From Candidatus Saccharimonadota bacterium (GTDB taxonomy: Bacteria > Patescibacteriota > Saccharimonadia > Saccharimonadales > JACDBH01), in the NCBI GenBank assembly GCA_013694995.1, contig JACDBH010000004.1, forward strand, positions 1 through 58,827: DNA of 58,827 nucleotides, read 5' to 3'. Each line of letters opens with the position of its first letter. Position 1 is the first letter of the stretch. The position numbers and the translations under genes are program-made. Under the pieces are notes generated by a model. It saw only the letters and a program-made list of their open reading frames with translations. It did no database searches and was not told where the DNA came from. Of the stretch, positions 18,048-26,921 are shown in pieces.

Positions 18048-18497
18048 ATGCACACAGTCAATCATGCAGCAGTCGGGGCAGGTATTGCGCTTTTGCTACC
18101 ACCTCAAATAGCACTGCCCTTAGCATTTTTGAGTCATTTTGTCCTGGACGGCCTACCACATTACGGTATAGCTGGCGACGAAGGCTTTAAGAACCTCTTC
18201 AAGCACAATAGAACAGACATCATGCTCCTAGTAGATGTAGTAGGGGTTGTCACGTTGATTGTTTTGGCATTCGGACAATCTTGGTATGTTTTAGCTGGAA
18301 TGATTGCCGCCGTATCGCCGGATTTTATGTGGCTGTACCGCTACTTTTTATACGAAAGGCATGGCAATGAACCGCCAAAAGCCGGGCCTATTACCCGCTT
18401 TCACCAAAAAATTCAATGGTGCGAACGGTTATGGGGAATATATATAGAGGCACCACTAGCGGCCCTGCTTGTATTTATGGTTATTAAACTGACATGA
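18048..18497 (+). CDS. Small polytopic membrane protein, paralog 1 (possibly YdjM/DUF457-like)
   Basis: Conserved NH..G, LSHF.LD..PH.G, SPD.MWLY and RFH..IQW motifs are shared with the next ORF. Confidence 0.6.
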   Translation: MHTVNHAAVGAGIALLLPPQIALPLAFLSHFVLDGLPHYGIAGDEGFKNLFKHNRTDIMLLVDVVGVVTLIVLAFGQSWYVLAGMIAAVSPDFMWLYRYFLYERHGNEPPKAGPITRFHQKIQWCERLWGIYIEAPLAALLVFMVIKLT

Positions 18498-18940
18498 CGG
18501 CGACTAACCATGGACTGATGGGAGCGGTTATAGCTATTACATTACAAAAATATCCTCCACTTGCTATAACAGTCTCCTTACTCAGCCATTTCCTGCTTGA
18601 TGCTTTTCCTCACTTTGGCGATGGCAAGATGAGCCTTCACAGCCGGAGATTCTACGGCATTTTATTTACAGACATGACACTAGCGGTAGTGTCTACACTA
18701 GCTGTAGCGTGGTTTTGGTTTGAAATAGCGCTACTAGTAGTAGGCTGTGCATTTTTAGCGGCCAGTCCTGATCTTATGTGGCTGTATTATGAATATCTTA
18801 AGCCAAAATTAAAACTTGGTAGGCTTGCAAGATTTCACTCAAGAATCCAGTGGTCCCAATCACCTCCCGGTCTAATGGTAGAATTCATCTGGTTTATAGT
18901 GCTTTTTCCAACCCTAATCTATATAGGAGCCCAATTCTAG
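18494..18940 (+). CDS. Small polytopic membrane protein, paralog 2
   Basis: Overlaps paralog 1 by 4 nt and carries the same motif set (LSHFLLDAFPHFG, SPDLMWLY, RFHSRIQW). Confidence 0.6.
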   Translation: MTATNHGLMGAVIAITLQKYPPLAITVSLLSHFLLDAFPHFGDGKMSLHSRRFYGILFTDMTLAVVSTLAVAWFWFEIALLVVGCAFLAASPDLMWLYYEYLKPKLKLGRLARFHSRIQWSQSPPGLMVEFIWFIVLFPTLIYIGAQF

Positions 18941-19012
18941 TTTGCAAGGAGCCTCCTTGCAAACCATATATTTTATAGGACGGACCTCTAAAAATTTTAA
19001 TTACATCTAAGT

Positions 19013-19612
19013 ATGAAGATCACATCCATAAAACAGCAAGTTAAAAATCCCGATCGCGCCAGTATCTTCGTTGACGGCAAATATTCATTTTCTCTTAGCC
19101 TTAATGAGTTGTTAGCGGAAAAGCTTAAAACTAACCTGGAGCTTTCCGGAGCAGACTTAAAAAACTTAAAAAAACTCTCGGCTGACGGCAAATTGAAGGC
19201 TCGGGCGCTGGAGTGGGTGCTTAACCGTCCGCGTAGTGTAAGGGAGTTCAAAGATTATCTGCGCCGCAAAAAAGCCGATGTTGAACTATCGGAATTATGG
19301 GCTGAAGAGTTCCAAGCTAGAGGCTACCTAAGTAATTCAGCCTTCGCTGCTTGGTTAATTGAACTGCGACGCCGGGCTGGCAAAAGCGAGCGGGCAATCC
19401 GTTTTGAGCTTGCTAGCAAAGGTGTTACCCGTGAAGTTGCCGAAGAAAACCTGCAGGATAATGCCAGCGAACTTGGTCGCCTGCGACTTCTAGTGAATAA
19501 AAAAGGCCAGCTGCCCCGATACAAGGCTGACCAGCAGAAGTTCATACAGTTTCTAGCCCGTAAGGGTTTTAAATATGATGATATTAAGACTGTGCTTTCT
19601 GAAAAATACTAA
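19013..19612 (+). CDS. recX: RecA regulator RecX
   Basis: Helical-repeat protein with the typical RecX N-terminus (DRASIFVDGKYSFSL) and location near recA. Confidence 0.8.
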   Translation: MKITSIKQQVKNPDRASIFVDGKYSFSLSLNELLAEKLKTNLELSGADLKNLKKLSADGKLKARALEWVLNRPRSVREFKDYLRRKKADVELSELWAEEFQARGYLSNSAFAAWLIELRRRAGKSERAIRFELASKGVTREVAEENLQDNASELGRLRLLVNKKGQLPRYKADQQKFIQFLARKGFKYDDIKTVLSEKY

Positions 19613-20145
19613 CTAATCCCTAGGGCCGGGGCAACGGCCTGCGAACCAACCTTTACATCAACGTCTTTTACTAACACCCGACGGTTGGTAATTTCGACAA
19701 TTTGTGTCCTGTCGATGCTTAGCTGTCCATGAGCCAAACTTTTATAAAGCGGCCTGGTTACATATAGTTTATGTACCATCATAGATGTTACATCAACTGC
19801 ATAGTCATTAACTTTACCAACCCGGCGGCGGTGGGTGGTAACGACCGGTTTACCTACAAGCTCAAACTCCAACTCTAGCACTTCCTTAAGCCTAATCAGC
19901 TCGTCGGGTTCGCTAAGAACGTCATAATCGTTGACGGCGATACCCTGGGGTACAAAATCACGCACGTCTTGGGCGAGTAGGATCAAGCGTTTCTTACTGA
20001 AGTGGTCGGTGCACAGCCAGCCTTCGATTTTCAAGTTGTTGGGGTTGATTAAAGGCTTATCAGCCGTGGCAACTTTACCACCAGTACGCAAGCTCATAAT
20101 CGGTACGTTGGTAATATTTTTGGTCAGCTGCAACATAGCAACCAT
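19609..20145 (-). CDS. PRC-barrel domain protein (two repeats)
   Basis: PIMSLRTGGKVA and GKPVVTTHRRRVGKVNDY resemble PRC-barrel cores. Confidence 0.55.
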   Translation of the reverse strand: MVAMLQLTKNITNVPIMSLRTGGKVATADKPLINPNNLKIEGWLCTDHFSKKRLILLAQDVRDFVPQGIAVNDYDVLSEPDELIRLKEVLELEFELVGKPVVTTHRRRVGKVNDYAVDVTSMMVHKLYVTRPLYKSLAHGQLSIDRTQIVEITNRRVLVKDVDVKVGSQAVAPALGIS

Positions 20146-20205
20146 ATTATACGCTAAAGGGTTGCAAGGTAGATGTCAGAAAAAATGTTGTAAAAATCAA
20201 ATGCT

Positions 20206-20238
20206 CATGCTTGCATCTGTAAAAAGTGTGGCTACAAT
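20206..20238 (+). promoter_or_regulatory. Promoter of the LTD surface-protein gene
   Basis: CATGCTTGCAT (20206-20216), a 16-nt spacer, then TACAAT (20233-20238). The ATG at 20250 follows 11 nt later, giving a very short leader. Confidence 0.5.
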
Positions 20239-20249
20239 ACGGCTTAATT

Positions 20250-21644
20250 ATGAAACGAGCTGGAGTACTCGCGAGTGTGGTGGGCTGCTTGCTTTCAGCG
20301 TGCAGTTTACTTTTACCAGCTTTATCACTTGCAGTCTATGCCCAAGAAGCTGTAGAGCCCGAGCTACTTATCAGCCATTTCAAAATTACCAGCAGTAACG
20401 GCCAGTTTGTCGAACTGTACAATAATAGCGACACCGCTATCGACTTGGCGACTGTACAGATTGCTTATTACAATAACTATGATCTAACTAAAGCTACAAG
20501 CAGCAAGCAGATTGCACTTTCCGGCATTTTAGACCCCGGAGGTTATTTTATTCTTAACGATAGCGCGCTAACACTGTGTTATCGGATGATGCTTTCATCT
20601 CAGTCCTTAGGCTTTAGCAGTACAGCCGGCATGGTTCAGGTATTAAGGTTATCGCAGGCAAGGCCTGGAGGACCGGTGACGAATGTGCTTGTAGACAATG
20701 TAGCGTGGTCAAAAACAGCTGCTAGCGGCGCACAAATATTGCCAAGTTCAACTAATGCCTTTCTAGAGCGCCGCTGGGCGGATAATGTTCCTAAAACAAG
20801 TGGCGGCGGCAGCTGGCTCAATGTCCAGCCGAGTGCTGCCAACCCCTGTGAACTGGAGTCGGTAACTGTACAGGCGCAGACCATGCAACATGAGGATAAT
20901 ACGCTTTTGCCATCAACCCTGCCGCCTGTGCGTTTTGTGACAATAGCGCCAGCAGGTGAAAAAGCAAAAACTAATAACAATAAGGGATTGATGGCACCGC
21001 TAATAAACGAACTGCTTCCAAATCCGGCCAGCCCTCAGACTGATGCTGATGATGAATATGTTGAATTGTACAATTCAAACGAAACATCTTTTGACTTAAG
21101 CAACTTTTCTTTGGCGTTTGGCGCGGCCAATCCCCGCAAATACAATTTTCCTGAAGGTACCATATTAGCAGGCAAGTCGTTTACAACTTTTAACTCGGCT
21201 GACACAAGCCTGAGTCTCAGTAATGAACAGTCACAGGTATGGCTACTCGACCAAAACGGCGCCGTTATAAGCCAGAGCGAACCATATAGCGATCCTAAGG
21301 AAGGCCAGGCGTGGGCAATGGCCGATGGCGCCTGGACCTGGACTTTGCAGCCAACGCCCGCCCTCGAAAATGTTATTGCGCTGTCAGTTTTAGGTGATAC
21401 AACTAAGCCATCAGGTACGGTACTAAGTATAAGTAATTCCAGCCCAACTGGCTCGGCCGCAACGGTTGCCAGCGCAAACACCTCGGCCGCACAACTTAAT
21501 GATGCCGCACCGTTACATCCACTAATACTTGCTGGGGTAGGGGCTGCCGCGGTAGGATATGCTGTGTATGAGTACCGGCAAGATGTGGCAAATCGAATCT
21601 TCCAGTTCCGACGCTACCTACGCGATAGGCGAGCGCTTCGGTAA
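20250..21644 (+). CDS. Secreted, C-terminally TM-anchored protein with two lamin-tail-domain (LTD) repeats
   Basis: Signal peptide MKRAGVLASVVGCLLSACS. LTD-like cores are LLISHFKI..NGQFVELYN and LINELLPNP...DEYVELYN. There is a C-terminal TM helix plus an Arg-rich tail. Confidence 0.7.
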   Translation: MKRAGVLASVVGCLLSACSLLLPALSLAVYAQEAVEPELLISHFKITSSNGQFVELYNNSDTAIDLATVQIAYYNNYDLTKATSSKQIALSGILDPGGYFILNDSALTLCYRMMLSSQSLGFSSTAGMVQVLRLSQARPGGPVTNVLVDNVAWSKTAASGAQILPSSTNAFLERRWADNVPKTSGGGSWLNVQPSAANPCELESVTVQAQTMQHEDNTLLPSTLPPVRFVTIAPAGEKAKTNNNKGLMAPLINELLPNPASPQTDADDEYVELYNSNETSFDLSNFSLAFGAANPRKYNFPEGTILAGKSFTTFNSADTSLSLSNEQSQVWLLDQNGAVISQSEPYSDPKEGQAWAMADGAWTWTLQPTPALENVIALSVLGDTTKPSGTVLSISNSSPTGSAATVASANTSAAQLNDAAPLHPLILAGVGAAAVGYAVYEYRQDVANRIFQFRRYLRDRRALR

Positions 21645-22047
21645 TCTCTGCAGAGGCGGAGAGGTTTTCGTATTGTCGAGTGATTTGGGCGGCGGCAAAA
21701 CGACATTTACTAAAGGTTTGGCCGCGGGCGCTGGCTGTAAAGATATTGTCGGTAGCCCGAGCTTTACTATTAACCGAATCTACCCATGCACCAACAACCG
21801 CACGCTTTATCATTTTGACTTTTATCGACTAGGCGATGCCGGTATTGTAGGACAGGAACTAAAAGAAGCCTTAGAAGAGCCAGGTAGTATTGTCGTGATT
21901 GAATGGGCGGATATAGTAAAAGATTTGTTACCAAAACGCTCTATTAATATTGTATTTGAACGTATAGCTGATAATGAAAACGCCAGACAACTCAGTATTG
22001 AATATCCAGAAGGCATGTCATACTTAATTACTAGAACAAAAAAATGA
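21583..22047 (+). CDS. tsaE: t6A biosynthesis ATPase TsaE
   Basis: SSDLGGGKTTFTKGL P-loop and HFDFYRL motif. The chosen start overlaps the preceding gene by 62 nt. Confidence 0.8.
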   Translation: MWQIESSSSDATYAIGERFGNLCRGGEVFVLSSDLGGGKTTFTKGLAAGAGCKDIVGSPSFTINRIYPCTNNRTLYHFDFYRLGDAGIVGQELKEALEEPGSIVVIEWADIVKDLLPKRSINIVFERIADNENARQLSIEYPEGMSYLITRTKK

Positions 22048-22436
22048 TAATTCTGATAATCCGCAGTGAAAATCCCGAGGCAGAAATCGGTTTATACCAT
22101 GACGGTAAAGAGCTTGTATATTTGAAATGGCGGGCGCATAGGATGCTGGCTGAAACGATAAATAAAAAAATCGACGAACTGTTAGCCCGCGAGTCAAAAA
22201 CACTGAAAAATATAGAAGGCATCGTAGCTTATAAAGGTCCTGGTAGCTTTACGGGACTGCGAATTGGGCTAAGTGTTGCAAATGCTCTGGCATACGGATT
22301 GAAAGTTCCTATTGTAGGAGCCACGGGTGAATTCTGGATCCAAGAGGGCGCCGGTTACCTGCTAAGTAAAAAGAATGAAAAAATGGTTATGCCAGAATAT
22401 GGTGCCGATGTGCACATTATTCCGCCGCGCAAGTAA
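22044..22436 (+). CDS. tsaB: t6A biosynthesis protein TsaB (short form)
   Basis: GPGSFTGLRIGLSVANALAY motif. It is only 130 aa, versus about 220-230 aa in typical bacteria. Confidence 0.7.
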   Translation: MIILIIRSENPEAEIGLYHDGKELVYLKWRAHRMLAETINKKIDELLARESKTLKNIEGIVAYKGPGSFTGLRIGLSVANALAYGLKVPIVGATGEFWIQEGAGYLLSKKNEKMVMPEYGADVHIIPPRK

Positions 22437-22669
22437 GTTTCGTAAAAAATATCATATGTTGTAGTGGTAAGACCTCTGGCAAAATAACTCCATGGTTAAA
22501 AAACGTGGTATTATTTATATTAAGGATTATTCGAGTTTTGGGACAATCCTTTACATGTTCTTAACGATATTTTTCAACTTAGTTTTCTTGCTTAGGTAAA
22601 CATAGGCTAATGAAGTGATAGTGATGCCTGGATGTGACCTGGCAAGCAGTATAGAAAGGAAACAAAATT

Positions 22670-24181
22670 ATGTTACTTACCATTGTTCTTGCATTGGTAG
22701 GGCTTGCTGCTGGCTTTGGTGCCAACACGGTCCTGACAAAGAAAAAATTAGGCTCAGTCGAGGCAACGGCTGATAAAGAATTAAAGAAAGCTAAAAAAGA
22801 GGCTGACGAGGCACTTCGTAAAGCCAGGGAAGAGGCGTCCGAGATAGCTGAGACTGCACGCAAGGAAGAACAAACCCGTCGCCGCGAAATCAAAGAAATA
22901 GAAGCCCGACTTATTACCCGTGAAGAAGCACTAGATAAGAAACTTGATGTAATCGACAAGCGAGCAGAAGCCCTGCGTAAAGGCGAGGATGAGGTTGAAG
23001 CTTTAAAGGATGAAATTCGTGCTATCCGCTCAAAACAGCAGGAGAAGTTGGAAAAAGTTGCCAAGCTAACCAAGGCAGAGGCCGCTGACAAGCTGATGAA
23101 AATGACGGAACGCGACATCCGCAATGATCTATTGGGTCTTATAAATAAACTACAAAATGAAGCAAAGGATCAAGCTGAAGAACAGGCAGCGATGATTATT
23201 ACCAGTGCTATGGAGCGCATGGCCAGCGAAGTAACCGCTGAGCGAACGGTTACAGCTGTCAAGCTAGAGGACGAAGAGATGAAGGGCCGGATAATAGGCA
23301 AGGAAGGTCGGAACATCCAAGCCTTACAACGTGCAACTGGCGTCGATATTATGGTTGATGACACGCCCGGTATGATAATCTTGAGCTCTTTTGACCCTAT
23401 TCGGCGCGAAACAGCCCGGATTGCCCTTGAAATGCTACTTAAAGACGGTAGGGTTCACCCCGGCCGCATAGAAGAAGTTGTTGATAAGGCGCAGAAACAA
23501 GTTCAAAAAGATGTCATGCATGCCGCAGAAGATGCCGCCCGTGAAGTTGGTATTGTAGGTATACCTAAGGAAATACTGCAACTCCTAGGCGAGTTAAAGT
23601 ATCGGACATCTTATGGCCAGAATGTCTTAAAGCATTCAACCGAGATGGCGCATATTGCTGGCACAATAGCCGATCAGATTGGTGCCAATGTAAAAACAGC
23701 CAAGTATGCAGCACTGGTTCATGATCTTGGCAAAGCACTCACGCACAAAATAGAGGGTAAGCACCACCATATCAGTGGGGAAATGCTACGCAAATATGGG
23801 GCGCCAGAAGAAATTGCTCTTGCCGCCGAACAGCACCACGACGACGTCGAGGCCACCTCCGTCGAGGCGCTAATTATTCGTGTGGTTGATGCCATAAGCG
23901 CCTCACGGCCAGGCGCCCGCAATATTAGCGCCGAAAATTTTGGCGAACGTATGCGTGACTTAGAAAATACTGCATTAGGATTTCCTGGCATCGATAAAGC
24001 CTATGCAATTTCTGCTGGCCGCGAAGTTCGGATATTTGTTAAACCACAAGACGTTGATGACTTAAGTGCCATTAAATTAGCTCGCGATATCGCGGTCAAG
24101 ATAGAAAGCACCATGCAATACCCGGGCACTATAAAAGTAAACGTCATCCGTGAAACCCGTGCCATAGAATTTGCCAAATAG
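22670..24181 (+). CDS. rny: Ribonuclease Y
   Basis: N-terminal TM, K/E-rich coiled coil, KH domain (GRIIGKEGRNIQ) and HD domain (LVHDLGKA). Confidence 0.95.
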   Translation: MLLTIVLALVGLAAGFGANTVLTKKKLGSVEATADKELKKAKKEADEALRKAREEASEIAETARKEEQTRRREIKEIEARLITREEALDKKLDVIDKRAEALRKGEDEVEALKDEIRAIRSKQQEKLEKVAKLTKAEAADKLMKMTERDIRNDLLGLINKLQNEAKDQAEEQAAMIITSAMERMASEVTAERTVTAVKLEDEEMKGRIIGKEGRNIQALQRATGVDIMVDDTPGMIILSSFDPIRRETARIALEMLLKDGRVHPGRIEEVVDKAQKQVQKDVMHAAEDAAREVGIVGIPKEILQLLGELKYRTSYGQNVLKHSTEMAHIAGTIADQIGANVKTAKYAALVHDLGKALTHKIEGKHHHISGEMLRKYGAPEEIALAAEQHHDDVEATSVEALIIRVVDAISASRPGARNISAENFGERMRDLENTALGFPGIDKAYAISAGREVRIFVKPQDVDDLSAIKLARDIAVKIESTMQYPGTIKVNVIRETRAIEFAK

Positions 24182-24184
24182 TAA

Positions 24185-24982
24185 ATGAACATCTTATATA
24201 TTGGTGACATCATGGGCGAACCTGGAATTGAAATAGTTGAACAAGTTTTACCCGGATTAGTTACGGAAAAATCTATTGATCTAGTAATAGCCCAAGCCGA
24301 GAATGTCACCAATGGAAGAGGTCTGAGTATAGAAGACTACGAACGATTAAAATTCGCCGGCGTGCAGGCATTTACCAGTGGTAACTGGACATTACACCGC
24401 GAAGAAACCAACAAATTGCTTGATGATCCTACTGTACCTGTTACGAGGCCTGCTAACTATCCGGAAAGTACGCCTGGCAAGCAATATAAAATCTTAGATA
24501 TGGTTCAAGGCAAAGTTTTACTTGTAAGCTTATTAGGAAACATCATTGGCAAAGACGCCGAAAAGCCAGTGAACAATCCACTTACGTGTGTCGATGAGAT
24601 TTTAAATAACCTAAAGGAAGAAAATTTTGTGGCAATAGTAATTAATTTTCATGGTGATTTTAGTAGTGAGAAAAAAGTTATTGGTTACTACTTGGATGGC
24701 CGGGTAACGGCTGTGATTGGTGACCATTGGCATGTGCCTACTAATGACGCTATGGTGTTGCCAAATGGCTCGGCGCACATTACCGACGTTGGTATGTGCG
24801 GGAGTCTGCATAGCAGTCTAGGCGTAAAGTTTGATAGTGTCGTTCCCCGTTGGCGCGACAACGTACAGACTCGCAACGAACTCGAAACATACGGACCGCG
24901 CCAGTTTAACGCGGTTCTAATTGAAACTGATCCACAAACAAGTCATTCAAAATCAATCAAACAGATTCAGAAAATTTTATAA
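24185..24982 (+). CDS. ymdB: YmdB-family metallophosphoesterase
   Basis: MNILYIGDIMGEPG, AENVTNGRG and FHGDFSSEK motifs, with conserved rny-ymdB synteny. Confidence 0.9.
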   Translation: MNILYIGDIMGEPGIEIVEQVLPGLVTEKSIDLVIAQAENVTNGRGLSIEDYERLKFAGVQAFTSGNWTLHREETNKLLDDPTVPVTRPANYPESTPGKQYKILDMVQGKVLLVSLLGNIIGKDAEKPVNNPLTCVDEILNNLKEENFVAIVINFHGDFSSEKKVIGYYLDGRVTAVIGDHWHVPTNDAMVLPNGSAHITDVGMCGSLHSSLGVKFDSVVPRWRDNVQTRNELETYGPRQFNAVLIETDPQTSHSKSIKQIQKIL

Positions 24983-25120
24983 CTTATTGTACTTGGTTGG
25001 CGTAAGCGACAGCGCACTTTCATCTGTGCGCCGAGATTACTCGGTCGGGCGGCACTGGTGGTGGCGAGGTGGAAGGCAGTCCTGTCGGCATCGGCGACCG
25101 GTACATTATGAAGGATCTTC

Positions 25121-25555
25121 CTAACCACGCGGAAAATGCTTATCGTATAAGTCTTGGATTCGGTCAAACGCTTCCTCTATATGAAGTCGCAGCGTCCGTC
25201 GATCAAGCTTTGCCAATCGAGCTATGTGGGGGAACTCTACTTCGGGATCGCGCGGAAGAAATGTAAATCCCTCACCAAGCGCACCATCATACTTGATGGT
25301 CAGCGACGCGAGAAGCAAAGACCTCCAATCCGACATGATCTGGTCGCGCTGACTGCCTGATGTATTGGCGAAACGAATGGACAGCTTTTGGGCCTGCAAC
25401 ATTATCTCCGAATTCTTTTCTGCAAGATCCAGCCCCACCGCGAAATGGACGTCATCTTCATCAACACCATTGCTCACAAGCCATGCTTCTAGCTCCGCAA
25501 GTTCCGCTGCCACGGCCGAAGTTTCCTGAACCAACTGTCGTTGCCCACCTAACAT
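25121..25555 (-). CDS. Hypothetical protein (144 aa), family not recognised
   Basis: A long ORF in the islet. The only motif-like feature is RTLRLH (R-x4-H, HEPN-like), which is too weak for assignment. Confidence 0.45.
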   Translation of the reverse strand: MLGGQRQLVQETSAVAAELAELEAWLVSNGVDEDDVHFAVGLDLAEKNSEIMLQAQKLSIRFANTSGSQRDQIMSDWRSLLLASLTIKYDGALGEGFTFLPRDPEVEFPHIARLAKLDRRTLRLHIEEAFDRIQDLYDKHFPRG

Positions 25556-25873
25556 CCTGTACTACTTCGGCTATTCATAAATTTCATTATAGAACTTCCA
25601 TGCATATATGAACACAGCTGGGAAGACTAGCCAGCACGATCAAGGTTCTATTGATCCTTCTCCTCTTTAACAATTTGCCGTGCTGTATCAGTGATGGCTC
25701 GTGCCAACTTGTACACATCAACCGGCTGGGGGCGAGCTCCTATGATTCTCAGGTTGTACTGCTGAGCTCGTGACCGTAACTTTCGGTCACGCCGATAACC
25801 ACCCTTTGGCAAGGGATACGCACGCCTCGGAGTTTTCCGCGCGCGGCGTTCTTAGGCATGTGCGATGAAGTTT

Positions 25874-26416
25874 CTAATTGTCCTTGGCCTTGATGATTGT
25901 CACGGAGTCCTTGAAGGTAACTACGACCTCGGCAAGCTTGCCAGCTGGATGGGTGTCCTTGTCGCTGAAGTCGAACCCGAGCCTTTGGCGCGGCGTGTCA
26001 ACGAAAAGCTGAACCTTCTTACCCGATTCGTTACGCTTGCCAATCTGAACCATAAGCTGAACGCCTGAGGACGTATCGCTAGCTTTGGCTTCTATCCACC
26101 ATTCCTCAAGTAGGTCAACACTCTCCCGTGCAATGACTCGACTACCCTCTGAGTCGAGGCGGACAAACTTTAACTTAGACAGCGCCTCACGGTTGCCTAG
26201 ATGCTCAACCAGGCGCTGTTGAATGCTGTATTCATTGGTAAAGCTGAACTCTTTCTTGTCGACCGGACAGAATGTTACTTCAAAGATGTCGTAAGCAATT
26301 TCTAATGGAACTGTGTGCTTTTTGCAATATGCCCGCGGTGGTGCTCCTGTGACCAGCAACCACATGATATCTTCAGGATCTGTCTCTACTATTAAGAACT
26401 TTGACTCACTATTCAT
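25874..26416 (-). CDS. Hypothetical protein (180 aa), family not recognised
   Basis: A long ORF directly downstream of tRNA-Pro copy 2. No recognisable motifs. Confidence 0.5.
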   Translation of the reverse strand: MNSESKFLIVETDPEDIMWLLVTGAPPRAYCKKHTVPLEIAYDIFEVTFCPVDKKEFSFTNEYSIQQRLVEHLGNREALSKLKFVRLDSEGSRVIARESVDLLEEWWIEAKASDTSSGVQLMVQIGKRNESGKKVQLFVDTPRQRLGFDFSDKDTHPAGKLAEVVVTFKDSVTIIKAKDN

Positions 26417-26588
26417 AGTGACCTCAGGATGAGCGAAGCGAGCATGTATGTCAACAACTCTTGGACGTAGAGTTTAAGATACCCTAACAAGGTTCCAACC
26501 CTCTTAATAGAGGTTGCGATTTCAGGGCCATCGCGTGATAGTGAAAATCACAACGATTTAATAGATGCGTAAACTGATAAAAAATAAA

Positions 26589-26665
26589 TGGTCGGGGTGA
26601 GAGGACTCGAACCTCCGACCCCCTGGTCCCAAACCAGGTGCGCTAGCCAACTGCGCTACACCCCG
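26589..26665 (-). tRNA. tRNA-Pro (anticodon UGG), copy 2
   Basis: 77-nt cloverleaf. Its acceptor, D-arm and T-arm are identical to copy 1. The anticodon stem is CCUGG/CCAGG, versus CCGCG/CGCGG in copy 1, and the loop UUUGGGA is the same. Confidence 0.92.
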
Positions 26666-26921
26666 ACGTCTTGAATCTTAAAATACGATTATCGTACTGC
26701 TAGCAATAAATTTGTCCGATATTACTCACGTAATCTCATCTAACTGCCATTTTATAGTTTGTTAATCCTTTCACTAATTTAGAAAGGCAACCACGTTTTT
26801 GTAAACAAACAGCCAGGCAATTATACCCGTTTTTAACAGGTATGACAATCTTATAAGCGGCAGTCTAAGTTTATATACGAGCCGTTAAATTGTATACTTG
26901 ATGTATAACCAGGGAGCCAAA

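Larger units (their letters stand above)
24994..26588 (-). mobile_element. Putative remnant integrated islet at tRNA-Pro copy 2
   Basis: Bounded by tRNA-Pro (26589-26665) and a weak copy of its 3' end (24994-25006, tggttggcgtaag versus tggtcggggtgag, 10/13). It contains only ORFans and no recombinase. Confidence 0.35.

Noticed and set aside
2077-20216. ATGCTTGCAT box as a dedicated competence/recombination operator (comEC, recA, LTD gene)
   Set aside because: A fourth copy precedes an unrelated metallopeptidase gene (48168-48177), and the box mostly sits at -35 distance from a -10 hexamer. A generic promoter element is the simpler explanation, and it is kept only as a low-interest finding.
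22579-23124. 181-aa minus-strand ORF
   Set aside because: It is antisense to the K/E-rich coiled-coil region of rny. The low-complexity Ser/Ala-rich translation is typical of a shadow frame.
24983-26588. Anomalously GC-rich island
   Set aside because: Hand counts of several 60-nt lines give about 48-55% (one line about 65%) GC. This is similar to core genes such as ruvB and pilB, so composition was not used as evidence for foreign origin.
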